DNA of 59,038 nt, filler included. It is 8 parts of 8 records of this genome, joined end to end, with 100 filler letters (N's around TTAATTAATTAA, not from the genome) between each part and the next. Parts side by side here need not be neighbours in the genome. Positions count along the whole stretch, not along the records: positions 16,658 to 26,496 come from DRR723986_16902; positions 26,597 to 32,658 come from DRR723986_16923; positions 32,759 to 40,263 come from DRR723986_16926; 5 more parts are not named here. One strand, given 5' to 3'. The notes under the pieces are model-generated. The model was not told the DNA's origin. It did not search any database and worked only from the letters and a program-made list of their open reading frames with translations. This document shows, piece by piece, positions 22,997-33,846 of this stretch (the first letter of the stretch is position 1; each line of letters begins with the position of its first letter). Position numbers and translations under genes: made by a program.

Positions 22997-23144
22997 TAAC
23001 AAAATTAGTGACTGATTCAAGAAAAAAGAAATTTGTTCATTGATGGTTTTGGCTACCTAGTTGCAATGCGCAATATTCATAAAATGAATTGAGTTAGGGC
23101 CTTGAGAAGTAACTGTAATTATCCGTGTAGGTGAATTTGTAACG

Positions 23145-24562
23145 CTAGATCGGGTCGCCGATCCGCTCACCAAGTCGTTGTTTATCAATCTCTGAGCCAA
23201 TTACCATATTTTCATCTGAATAGAATTCGAAGAAGTGACCATCTTTTAATGCAACACCGTATCGGCTAGCAAGAGCGCGTATCTTGTCCTGCGTTTTCGG
23301 TGGTAGCACTACGCCATTTAATTTCAAATTTTGCTGCCAATAGCTAAGGCGCACCAGCGCATCAGGTTCGCCAAAGCGCCGGTCATCATAAACTCCATCG
23401 CGCTTTAGCTGTTGGCAAACAAAATATTGAAAATCATCAAAGTTAAATCGGGCGGGCTCTGATAAGTAAATAGATCTTTGTATGGCAAGCTGGGACTGAC
23501 CGAGCCAATTCGTTATAAAGCTTAATGATCCTATTGCTATCAGCACAACTAAAATCAGAAGCCCAGTTGTGCTTATCAATTTGGCGCATGGTGTCTCGCG
23601 TTCATCAATCGCGTTTATCCTGCTAATGATTATATTCGGTCGACCGACTGCACCTAGCATTAGGTCTGACACCTCTTGTTTTACGCTCATTCGCCCAAGG
23701 GCTCGCTTCATACACAATCGATCTTTGATCCAAACCATTGCACGTTTGTCTGCTGCAAACTCCATAGCGTTTGAATAACCATTGCACAAATGTCTGACAA
23801 AAGGATTGAACCAAAGGACTATTTTCAGAAGTTGCAGGGCAATATTTCTAGCAAAGTCGGCGTTAATGATATGCGCCAGTTCATGGGCAACCAAAGCATT
23901 CCTCTCGCTGGGCACTATATCTTTAACAGCAGTTGGAAGCAAAATCACAGGTTGAGTGAACCCAAATGTAAGAGGGGCGTTTACATATCGAGACTGCTGT
24001 AGCAAAACGCGTCGCTTCGTTAATTCTGCGAGAAGAGCCGTGTCTATCCATTCTAGTAGATCAGGGCAGCCGAATGGGGTGGCGTTTTCATGCAAACTTT
24101 TTATCGCTTTAAAAGAAGTAATTAAGCGAAAACTGCCGATCAAAATACCGCATAGCCAGAAAAAAATGAACCAACACTTCAAGGTAAATATTGTATCAGG
24201 CGTTTTATCTGAACTTAACAAAACCTCTGAGAATATGGGAGTGGGTTTTGGCGAGGATTGGGCTTCTTGCGTATTGATCAGAAAGACTTTTGGATGAGCG
24301 GTGTCGCCTACTAAGAAGAACAAAACAAAAGCACTCGCACATAATATTGGCAGCGCGTATTTTGCATATCGCGCTTGGGTCTGCGGTTTTGTGGTAAAAA
24401 GTTGTGAACGTAGCAAGATGGACGGGACTGCCAAAGCAGTGCTTGCTAGTACTGTTCCTGCTAAGAATAGAAATGCAGTGTCAACATAACTGCCATATGC
24501 CCAGAAAGAGTCTGCCACTGCGTAGATAATTCCATCATCAAAATTGTGTACGAATTAATCAT
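23145..24562 (-). CDS. M56 (BlaR1/MecR1-like) membrane metalloprotease, possibly frameshifted near 24472; the intact frame is 23145-24518
   Basis: PLTFGF..PVILLP, HELAH, LWFNPFV, MEFAAD, multiple TM helices. A 33-aa ORF at 24562-24461 in another frame ends ...MLTLHF. Confidence 0.85.
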
Positions 24563-24576
24563 TGTCACAAATAATA

Positions 24577-24595
24577 TACTACGGCCAATGTCGTT
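24577..24595. promoter_or_regulatory. Candidate operator 3 (TACG-N8-CGTT)
   Basis: TACTACGGCCAATGTCGTT matches operator 1 TACTACGGCATATGCCGTA at 15/19. Confidence 0.55.
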
Positions 24596-25157
24596 TATTC
24601 AACTGCTTTGTTTTTACATGTCAATTGGTATTGTCAGAAGAAAATTGATCCTGCAAATTTTAGCCTTTAGCTAGTGCGGCTGGATGTTACCTACAACACA
24701 GTGTTTTCCGATAATGAGAAAGTGCGATGAACAAGTTCAGAACCGCCGAATTGCTGAATAAATTTATGTAAATTAAACTCAGTTTTACATTCACCTTAAC
24801 TAAAAATGTAACCTTATCAGACTAATTAGCACCAGGAATTTAGTTCTGAAGCCCTCCCAGAATGGCCAACATTGCAGCCTAAAGTATGGTCAGTTAGGGG
24901 AGACTTGTGATTAGCTCCCTTGTTTCTTCAAGCTCAATCATTTTATTGAAACTGTATGTCGTCAGAATATTGGAGACTTTTTGAGTAACTAAGTATTTAT
25001 GTTCCTTTCTGCATAGCTAACAGTCTTACTCACCATATATTTAGGTGAGACATAAAAGAAGGTTATTCACGCATAACTTTTGTATTTGCATAAATATCAA
25101 AAATAGTCATATACATATATAAACATACTTTAGTGTTTAATAAATATGGAGATTGCT

Positions 25158-26496
25158 ATGTGGAATGTACCTGTATTGCCGTTTTTACGGGACAGTGTCG
25201 CTATCGGAGCTTTGTTAGTCGCTGTGTCTAATTCTGCATTGTCTGACCGAAGCGATAGTGAAAATTTAAAGGCGGCGGGGCCAATGATTGAGATGGCAAA
25301 AAACGCGGAAGCTTTTCCGAACCTAACGGTTGGAAAAGATACATCAGCTTTCTCAGAAGATGGCTTAGCGGCGCTTGAAGCCCGTGTCAGGCAGTTTGTG
25401 GCAGACGGAGATGCTGCTGGCATAAACACTCTTTTGGTCAAAGACGGTAAGGTGGTTCAATATGTGGAGGCCGGTGTTCAGCAAGTTGATACAGGTGCGC
25501 CGGTAACCGAGGACACGTTGTTCCGAATCTACTCAATGACCAAGCCTATCGCAGGCGTCGCAATGATGATTTTGTTTGATCGCGGTATGTTTGAACTTGA
25601 TGATCCTGTTTCCAGATACATTCCTGAATTTAAAAACCTGAGAGTTTTTGGCCCTGCGGACGAGAATGGTGACCGTGAAATTGTTGATGCGAACCGTGAG
25701 CCGACTATTCAGGATTTGATGGCGCACACGGCAGGCTTTTCCTATGGTTTTCTGGAATCAGACCCGTTGGCCAAAATTTACCGTGAAAAACAGATACTGG
25801 CATCACCTGACCTGGACACATTCATTGATAGGCTTGCTGGCGCACCCCTGCTTTTCCAGCCGGGATCAGAGTGGAATTATAGCGTTGCGACTGATGTGCA
25901 AGGTGCGATCATTGAACGCCTTAGTGGTATGACTTTTGGAGAGTTCTTACAAAAAGAGCTTTTCAAGCCATTGCGCATGAAAAATACCGGTTTTCGTGTA
26001 GCGGATGAAGACTTTGATAAGCTGGCGGACGGATATTTTGTGAACCCGGAAACCGGCACATTGGTGAAGCTCAGTGAAGAGCAAATCATTGGCTTTGGTG
26101 TGAATTACCGCGTCGGAGCGCAGACGATGGAATCAGGTGGGTTTGGACTTGCGTCCACGATTAGTGACTATGCTCGCTTCTGTCAGATGTTGGCAAGTGG
26201 GGGTGAGTTTGAGGGCAAACAGATTCTAAAGCCTGCTACTGTTGAATTGATGCGACAGAATGTATTGCCCGAAGATAAACCGTTGGAAACACCTGGGCTG
26301 CTTGGTGACAGTGGTAAGCCGGGAACCGGCTTTGGACTGAACTTTGGGGTGGTTCACAACGCGGAGGCATCTCCTACACCGTTTGGTCAAGGGACATACT
26401 TCTGGGGCGGTCTTGCATCGACATGGTTTTGGATAGACCCCGAATACGACTTATATTACATCGGCATGGTGCAGGTATATCCGGCCGCCGGCCCTG
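25158..26496 (+). CDS. Serine hydrolase, beta-lactamase class C-like esterase family, 3'-truncated
   Basis: FRIYSMTKP (SxxK), LMAHTAG, PG..WNYS, FWGG.AST.FWIDP; GGAG RBS before ATG 25158. Confidence 0.92.
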
Positions 26497-26596
26497 NNNN
26501 NNNNNNNNNNNNNNNNNNNNNNNNNNNNNNNNNNNNNNNNTTAATTAATTAANNNNNNNNNNNNNNNNNNNNNNNNNNNNNNNNNNNNNNNNNNNN

Positions 26597-27800
26597 CTGG
26601 GGCGGCTGGTGGTTCTGGGACCCGGTGGAGAATGCGTCCCTCATGCCCTGGCTGATCGGGGCAGCCTTGCTGCACTCCGTGATCGTTACGGAAAAGCGCG
26701 AAAACTTTGCAGCCTGGACGGCGCTTCTGTCCGTACTGGCGTTCCTGTTCTCGATCATGGGCGCCTTCCTCGTGCGCTCCGGTGTGCTGACCTCCGTTCA
26801 TGCCTTTGCTGTCGATCCGGAGCGGGGAACGATCCTTCTGTTCGGACTGATGGTCTATGGCGTACTCGCCTTGGGCCTGTTTGTCTGGCGCGGGCCTTCC
26901 TTGAAAGGCGCCAAGCCCTGGCTGATCGTTAGTCGCGAAGGCGCACTGATGGCCAATAACATCGTGCTTATCGTGGCCGCGCTGACCGTCTTGCTGGGCA
27001 CGCTATTCCCGCTAATGGCCGAAGCGACTGGACGCACCATGTCCGTAGGCGAACCATATTTCCGGCTGACCTTCGTGCCGATCCTGGCGATCCTGCTCGT
27101 CCTCCTGCCCGTCGCCCAGAACTGGGCGTGGGGCAAGGCGGACCTGAAGCAATGGACGCGCTGGGCCATCGCAGGCGCCGCACTGGCCGCGGTGTTTGCC
27201 GCGCTGGGTATTGGCATCTGGAAGATTTCACTGGGCGCGGCATTTGGGCTGGCGCTGGGCGTCTGGCTGATTGGCGGTGCCCTTTGGGAGCTGCGGCGCC
27301 GAGCCGTCACGCTGAAGCGCGTGTTCCGGGTTTCCCCACGCGTCTGGGGCATGACGCTTGCGCATATGGGTATCGGCCTGTTTATAATCGGCGCCGTGAT
27401 CGAAACGACTGAGCGGTATGAAACCACGGTTGCGCTGGCAGAAGGCGGATCGGGCGAGGCGGCTGGCTGGACCCTGACTCTGGAGGATGTCCGCTCCATC
27501 GAGGGGCCGAACTGGTACGCCGACAAGGCGGTGCTGACCGCCGTGAAGGGCGGTGTGACGACCGTGCTGCAGCCGATGAAGCGCTACTATCCCGCCGCGC
27601 GCATGCCGACGACCGAGACCGCGATCTTCAAGACCGGCACGGGCGATCTTTATGCGGCGCTTGGCGAGCAGCGCGTCGTGGACGGGCAGGCACGCTGGGT
27701 GTTCCGGGTCTACTTCAATCCGCTGATCGATTTTGTATACATTGGCGTACTGCTGATTGGCCTCGGCGGCTGTCTCAGCATGGTGAAGGTCAAACGATGA
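26597..27800 (+). CDS. ccmF: Cytochrome c heme lyase CcmF, 5'-truncated
   Basis: WGGWWFWDPVENASLMPW, VRSGVLTSVHAFAVDP.RG. Confidence 0.97.
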
Positions 27801-28195
27801 AGGCGCTATTCCTGTCTCTGGTGATTGCACTGGCGGCCGATGTTCCGCTGGATAATCCGGCGGAGGAGGCCCGCGCGCAGGCGCTGATGCGGGAGCTGCG
27901 CTGCGTGGCGTGCGAGAACGAACCCGTCTCCCAATCCGCTGCGCCGATCGCCGAAGACATGCGTACCCGTATCCGCGAAATGGTCGGCGAAGGGTCTACC
28001 GACCAGGAGGTGCGCGACTGGTTTGAAAGCCGCTATGGCGAGTTCGTGCTGTTCCGCCCGAAGGGGAACAATCTGAGCGGCATGCTGCTCTGGCTTGGTC
28101 CGTTTCTCCTGCTCGCCATTGGCGGGCTCATCGGATTCCTCACCGCACGGCGGAAGCGGACAGTCGTGGACCAGATTGAATCGGAAGACGTCTGA
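27797..28195 (+). CDS. ccmH: Cytochrome c biogenesis protein CcmH/CycL
   Basis: LRCVAC CxxC motif, RYGEFVL..P, C-terminal TM helix. Confidence 0.95.
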   Translation: MKALFLSLVIALAADVPLDNPAEEARAQALMRELRCVACENEPVSQSAAPIAEDMRTRIREMVGEGSTDQEVRDWFESRYGEFVLFRPKGNNLSGMLLWLGPFLLLAIGGLIGFLTARRKRTVVDQIESEDV

Positions 28196-28302
28196 CGCCT
28201 TCGGATAGTGGAATACGGCAATTGTAGACAGATCTTGTCTGGCACTTTGCTTAGGTATGCCGCAACTTGAACGTGGCCACCCCATCGGGCATAGGTTGCC
28301 CG

Positions 28303-29949
28303 ATGACTGTGAAATATTCCAGCGGCGATGACCGGCGTCCGGGCGAGGGGCAGGAAGATCTGTTGCTGCACCGGGCCAAGCAATTCCTCCAACAAAAGCA
28401 ATATCGCGAAGCGCTGGATTGTTGCCGTCAGGTGCTCGAGAATAATCCTGAAAGCGCGGATGGCTATTTTGTGATGGGCATTATTGCCTGTGAAAACCAT
28501 GACTACCGCAATGCGCTCGGATTGCTTGAGGGCGCTGTTCGGAAAGGCTATCCGGGTCCGGGGCCTTTCGTGCAGGCCGCCCGGTCTCTGGTGGCTCTTA
28601 ACCAGCCTGCACAGGCATTGAAATGTCTGGACCAGGCAAAGAAGAGAAATCCTCGCGATGGATATACGCTCGCGCTGATTGGGGTGACACTGAGCAAACT
28701 GGATCGCCACAAGGAGGCGGTGGAGTTTCACAGAAAGGCAACGCAAGCGTTGCCCGGGGATGCGCTGAGTTTCTTTAACCTTGGATCATCCCTTCAGTTC
28801 CTTGGAAAGTTTGAAGAGGCGAGGGAGGCCTACCGGACTGCGCTGCGCCTGGCCCCAGGCCTTACCGCGGCGCAGATGCACCTGACGCAGATTACAAAGC
28901 AAACGCCGGAGAAAAATGATCTGGCCGTGCTTGAGAATGCCTGGAGCAAGCGTAACCCGCAGGATACTGAAGGCGGTCTGGTCCTGGCCCATGCGATCGC
29001 CAAGGTCCACGAGGATCTTGGAAGCCCCAAGTCGGTCATGGAGTGGCTTGACCGGGGAAAGGCACTCGTTCGCCCGCATTTGCCAGACCGGCAGGCGGAT
29101 GACCAGGCGGCGTACGAAGCTGCGAAAGCTTTGGCCGACACGATAAAGGTGAATGCCGCAACTCCCGCTGATGGGCCTGTATTCGTCGTAGGGCTTCCGC
29201 GAAGCGGGACGACATTGGTCGACCGAATCCTTTCTAGCCACTCACAGATGGTGTCTGCCGGGGAGCGCCACGAATTCGGCGCCAGCCTTCACCGCGTGAT
29301 TGGGGGGACCCGAAATGAAATTGTCGATGCGCAAGTCATATCTCGTGCTGCGGATGCAGACCTTGCGGCGGTCGGACAAGCCTATCTCGATAGTGTGTGG
29401 GCCATTCTGGAAAATGGCGGGCGTTTCACTGACAAGATGCCAGTTAATGTATTCTTCGCTCCTGCCATTTTGGCGGCATTGCCTTCCTCACGTGTGATCT
29501 GCCTCCGGAGGCAAGCACCCGACAGTGTGCTCAGCATCTACAAGCAGCATTTTTCGGCATCTGCATCGCTCTATAGCTATGCTTATGATCTCGAGAAGCT
29601 CGCCAATTACGTCGCGGACTTTCACGATCTCGTCGACACCTATTCGCAAACGCTGCCGCAATCGAGATTCAGAATCGTCGATTACGAAAGCCTCGTCGAT
29701 GATGCAGAGGGGGAGATCCGGGGCATGCTGGAATTTGCCGGGCTTGGATTTGAACCGGCTTGCCTGAATTTCCACGAGAATGTCGCACCCGTCGCGACCG
29801 CGAGTGTCAGCCAGGTTCGGCAACCGATCTACTCATCTGCAAAAGGACGCTGGAATCAGTATGAAGCCGCGCTTCAGCCGGCCCTCCGGATTCTTCGAGA
29901 TCGTGGGTGCCTGTTGCGGCAAGAGGCTGCTGAAAAATCCCGATCGTAA
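28303..29949 (+). CDS. TPR-containing sulfotransferase
   Basis: N-terminal TPR helices; FVVGLPRSGTTLV.RIL.SH PAPS-binding motif, DKMP.N, TASV.QVRQPIY. Start uncertain (TTG 28267 or ATG 28303). Confidence 0.9.
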   Translation: MTVKYSSGDDRRPGEGQEDLLLHRAKQFLQQKQYREALDCCRQVLENNPESADGYFVMGIIACENHDYRNALGLLEGAVRKGYPGPGPFVQAARSLVALNQPAQALKCLDQAKKRNPRDGYTLALIGVTLSKLDRHKEAVEFHRKATQALPGDALSFFNLGSSLQFLGKFEEAREAYRTALRLAPGLTAAQMHLTQITKQTPEKNDLAVLENAWSKRNPQDTEGGLVLAHAIAKVHEDLGSPKSVMEWLDRGKALVRPHLPDRQADDQAAYEAAKALADTIKVNAATPADGPVFVVGLPRSGTTLVDRILSSHSQMVSAGERHEFGASLHRVIGGTRNEIVDAQVISRAADADLAAVGQAYLDSVWAILENGGRFTDKMPVNVFFAPAILAALPSSRVICLRRQAPDSVLSIYKQHFSASASLYSYAYDLEKLANYVADFHDLVDTYSQTLPQSRFRIVDYESLVDDAEGEIRGMLEFAGLGFEPACLNFHENVAPVATASVSQVRQPIYSSAKGRWNQYEAALQPALRILRDRGCLLRQEAAEKSRS

Positions 29950-30601
29950 TCGACAGTCTTTTGAACTGCAGCGTGTCTGAGATCCGGAACGAGGGGTTTG
30001 CCGACGCCGACCCCCGTGGGAATAGCCGTCAGGCTGGGTGGGGACATTGCTTGACGTCTGAATGGGACTTCGCAAGCCACCTTGGCAGTAGGCAGGACGT
30101 ACGAAGTGGTGATTGACACCGGTAGGCCCGGGGATTGGGCCCTTCCAGCGCCGGCAATTGGTTTGAGGCATCGGCGCGATGACGCAACAGCCTGTCTGGC
30201 ATGCGGTTAATCAAGCGCACAAATCAGCCCCTTCTGATGTATTGTAAAAGTTAGTATGTCTCGCAAACTGTAGTGTTTCAAGGACTTTTTCAACTTAGCT
30301 ATACTAACGGTATGTTTAAATATGATAAGCTTTTAGGTTTCAGAGTTTTGTGAGGTCTGGCGTTCGGCGGGGGTGGAGGAGACTTTTCCTGACCCGGACA
30401 GACTTCATTGGCACTCCGCGCTATCCCGCGCTTACCGGATCGAGTTGAGCTGGACGGCGAGCGAAGCCGTTCCTGCGCAACGGCGTGATCTCCTGATTCC
30501 ATTCGACTTACTGTCTTTTAATGACCACATTCGTTCTCGTATGATTATGTAACGTCCGACCGGACAAACGGCGATATTTCAGAGAGTTGGAGAGAGAAAT
30601 C

Positions 30602-32137
30602 ATGAAACTTGGCATTTCTCGGCAGGCACTGGTTGCAGCGCTTTTCGGAGCCGCAGCGGTTGGGACCTTGTCGATCGCGCCTCAGATTCTCAGCCCGGAG
30701 GCCGGCGCTCAGCCGATCGCGATCCAGGCGCCTGCGGGCGCCCCGATGAGCTTTGCCGACCTGATCGAACGCGTCGAACCTGCTGTCGTCAGCGTGAACG
30801 TGGTGTCCGAACGCCAGGTCAACGACATGGGCGACATGCAGGAATTCTTCGAACAGTTTCGCGGTCTGCCGGGGCTCGATGACTTCCTCGAGCAGCGCCG
30901 CCAGCAAGAAGAACAAGGCGAGGAGCCGCAGACGCGCGAAGCGCGGTCATTGGGCTCCGGCTTCTTCATTTCGCAGGATGGCTACATCGTGACCAACAAT
31001 CACGTGGTCGAGAACGCCGTCCAGATTGAAGTGGTCACCAAGGACGGAACTGAACTGGAAGCCGAACTCATCGGCACCGACCCCGATACGGACCTCGCCG
31101 TCATCAAGGTGAAGGATAGGGGGACATACCCCTATGTGCGTTTCGGCAACTCCCATAATCTCCGCAAGGGCGATTGGGTCGTCGCCCTCGGCAACCCGTT
31201 CGGGTTCAGCGGTACGGCGACGGCAGGCATCCTTTCGGCGGATGGCCGGGAGCTCGGCAATGACAGCCCGTATACGGACTTTCTCCAGATTGATGCTGCG
31301 ATCAACCGCGGCAACTCCGGCGGCCCGACCTTCGACCTGCACGGTAATGTCGTCGGTGTGAACACACAGATCCTGTCCCCTACCGGCGGTTCGGTCGGCA
31401 TCGGCTTCGCCATCCCGGCCGAGCTGGCCCAGGAAGTCACCCAGGCCATCATCAAGGACGGTCATGTCTCCCGCGGCTGGCTGGGTGTGCAGATCCAGGA
31501 CCTCACCGAAGATATGGCTGAGGCCCAGGGCATGGAGAACAATGATGGCTCCATCATCGCTGACGTGACAGAAAACAGCCCGGCGGCCAAAGGTGGCCTC
31601 CAGCGCGGTGACATCATCCTGTCGGTCAATGGCCAGAAGGTCAGCGATGCGACCTCGACGACCCGTCTTGTCGGCCGTCTGATTGCCAATACATCTAACA
31701 AGTTCGACATCATGCGTGGTGGCAAGCGCCAGACGATCAATGTCGTCGTTGGCGAGCGGGGCGACAATCTGAGCGCCCAGCGCATTCCGGCTTCGGCCCT
31801 GTCCGATGGCTCCGGCGACAATGCCGACGAGGCCACCATGGAATCACTCGGCGTGACTTTCATTCCGCTCGACGACGAGATGCGCCAGCGTCTCGGCCTC
31901 GACAAGGACGAAGCCGGTCTCGTGATTTCGGAGGTTGAGCGTGGCGGAGCGATCGAAGAGGCCGGCCTGCAGCGCGGCATGGTCATCCTGGAAGCCAACA
32001 ACGAGCCGGTCTCGAGCGTTGAAGTTCTGAAGAAGGCCATCGACGCTGCCAAGAAGGCAGACCGGACGAAAGTACTGATCGCTGTACGTGTGGGCCAGAT
32101 CACAACCTACCGCACCATCGACATCAGCGAAGACTAA
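30602..32137 (+). CDS. degP: Do/DegP-family periplasmic serine protease with two PDZ domains
   Basis: SLGSGF, TNNHV, TDLAV, AINRGNSGGP, RGWLGV; signal peptide from ATG 30602. Confidence 0.95.
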   Translation: MKLGISRQALVAALFGAAAVGTLSIAPQILSPEAGAQPIAIQAPAGAPMSFADLIERVEPAVVSVNVVSERQVNDMGDMQEFFEQFRGLPGLDDFLEQRRQQEEQGEEPQTREARSLGSGFFISQDGYIVTNNHVVENAVQIEVVTKDGTELEAELIGTDPDTDLAVIKVKDRGTYPYVRFGNSHNLRKGDWVVALGNPFGFSGTATAGILSADGRELGNDSPYTDFLQIDAAINRGNSGGPTFDLHGNVVGVNTQILSPTGGSVGIGFAIPAELAQEVTQAIIKDGHVSRGWLGVQIQDLTEDMAEAQGMENNDGSIIADVTENSPAAKGGLQRGDIILSVNGQKVSDATSTTRLVGRLIANTSNKFDIMRGGKRQTINVVVGERGDNLSAQRIPASALSDGSGDNADEATMESLGVTFIPLDDEMRQRLGLDKDEAGLVISEVERGGAIEEAGLQRGMVILEANNEPVSSVEVLKKAIDAAKKADRTKVLIAVRVGQITTYRTIDISED

Positions 32138-32175
32138 GTGAGGCGGAAATGCTAGACACAGTTCAGGAGGATCCC

Positions 32176-32658
32176 ATGCGTGTGCTGGTGATCGAAGACG
32201 ACGCAGAAATGGCCAGCTTCATCGAGAAGGTCCTCGTTGAGGCTGGGCATTCAGTGGACAAAGCGGACGATGGCGAGCGTGGACTGGCAAAGGCGCGGTC
32301 GGAAGAATTCGACGCCATGGTGGTCGACCGTATGCTGCCAGAGAAAGACGGCCTGACCCTGCTGAAGGAATTCCGCGACGCGGGCGGCACGACACCGGCA
32401 CTGTTTCTGTCAGCGCTGGGTGACGTCCAGAACAAGGTGCAGGGCCTGAAGGCTGGCGCTGAGGATTACCTCGCCAAGCCGTTCGCACCGGCAGAACTTG
32501 CTGCACGCGTTGAGGCGCTCGGCCGCCGCACGCCGGGCCAGGAACCGCCGGTCACCGTGTTGAAGGCGGGCGACCTGGAAATGAACCTGCTGACACGCAA
32601 GGTCACCCGGGCTGGCCAGAAGATCGACCTGCAGCCGCGTGAATTCCGCCTTCTGGAA
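32176..32658 (+). CDS. OmpR-family response regulator, 3'-truncated
   Basis: MRVLVIEDD, DRMLP..DG, DYLAKPF, LQPREFRLLE; GGAGG RBS. Confidence 0.92.
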
Positions 32659-32758
32659 NNNNNNNNNNNNNNNNNNNNNNNNNNNNNNNNNNNNNNNNNN
32701 NNTTAATTAATTAANNNNNNNNNNNNNNNNNNNNNNNNNNNNNNNNNNNNNNNNNNNN

Positions 32759-33112
32759 ATTGGCCAGCGTCTGCGCCTCGACCCCCTGGCTGGCATCGAC
32801 AACCAGAAGCGAGCCTTCGACGGCGCGCATGGACCGGCTGACCTCGTAGGCGAAGTCCACATGGCCGGGGGTGTCGATCAGGTTCAGGGTATAGGTCTTG
32901 CCGTCCTTGGCCGGGTATTCGATGCGGACGGTGTTCGCCTTGATGGTGATCCCGCGTTCCCGCTCGATATCCATGCTGTCGAGCAACTGCGCCTGCATAT
33001 CGCGTTCGGCCACCGTCCCGGTCAGCTGGATCAGCCGGTCGGCAAGGGTGGATTTACCGTGGTCGATATGGGCCACGATGGAGAAATTGCGGATGAGATC
33101 AAGGTCGGTCAT
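32759..33112 (-). CDS. lepA: Elongation factor 4, N-terminal fragment
   Basis: [37 protein letters not shown]. Confidence 0.98.
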
Positions 33113-33444
33113 GATGGTGGGATATGAGCGGGATTTTGGGTTTGGTCAATGGGGTCCGTGGGCCAGTGGCGATGTCTGTGACCGGCAGGTGTCAGGCTTC
33201 CCGCGCCCAGTGAAGATAGGTGGTTGCGGCAAGCGAGACGGCGCGCCCATGCTCCAGCGCGGAATCAAGGCGAAGCCTCTGCGCCATCGCCCCCGCGCGC
33301 GTCGTCGAGGGCGCTTGGATGCCCACCAATCGCGGTGATAGCCCCAAATCCGCCGCTGATCATGGCCCCGCCTGCGATCAGCGCAGGCATTCGGTCCGGT
33401 CCGTGCTAGCCTTCTTTGGGAATCATCCCGAACTGGACCCCGCC

Positions 33445-33693
33445 ATGCCGCCGATCCTGACTTTCCCGATAAGCGAGATCTATGTTCCGGCGAAGCGCGC
33501 CAAGACGCTGGATCCCGAAAAGGTTCAGGCGCTGGCCGAAGATATTCTGGAAAACGGCCAGAAGGTGCCCATACGGCTGCGCGAGGGCAAGGGGCGCTAT
33601 GTGTTGCAGGAAGGCCTGCACCGGCTGGAGGCGCTGCGGGCCCTGGGGGAGGAGTCCATCCAGGGCTATCTGGCCCGCGCGCGGCTGCATTAG
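33445..33693 (+). CDS. Stand-alone ParB/sulfiredoxin N-terminal-domain protein (82 aa)
   Basis: LAEDILENGQKVPI...YVLQEGLHRLEA; start ATG 33445. Confidence 0.8.
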   Translation: MPPILTFPISEIYVPAKRAKTLDPEKVQALAEDILENGQKVPIRLREGKGRYVLQEGLHRLEALRALGEESIQGYLARARLH

Positions 33694-33846
33694 GCTTTGC
33701 CAGTCCGGTCAGCCAGGGTGCGGGGGCGGCAATTGCTCCGGAAGGGGCGCCGGCGCATTCCTGCCGAAAAAAGCTGATGGCGGTTTTGGATTGACCAGCG
33801 ATCGGTGGTACAATGGGCCTTATTTCCTGCCAGAAAGGGCATTGCC

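Noticed and set aside
18783-26496. Beta-lactam resistance island
   Set aside because: The MBL and serine hydrolase have only superfamily motifs, and the M56 protein lacks a penicillin-binding sensor; resistance cannot be claimed from sequence.
29950-30601. Known structured RNA (RNase P, tmRNA, riboswitch) or small ORFs in the gap
   Set aside because: No hallmark motifs recognised, and the short ORFs lack family features; an Rfam search is needed.
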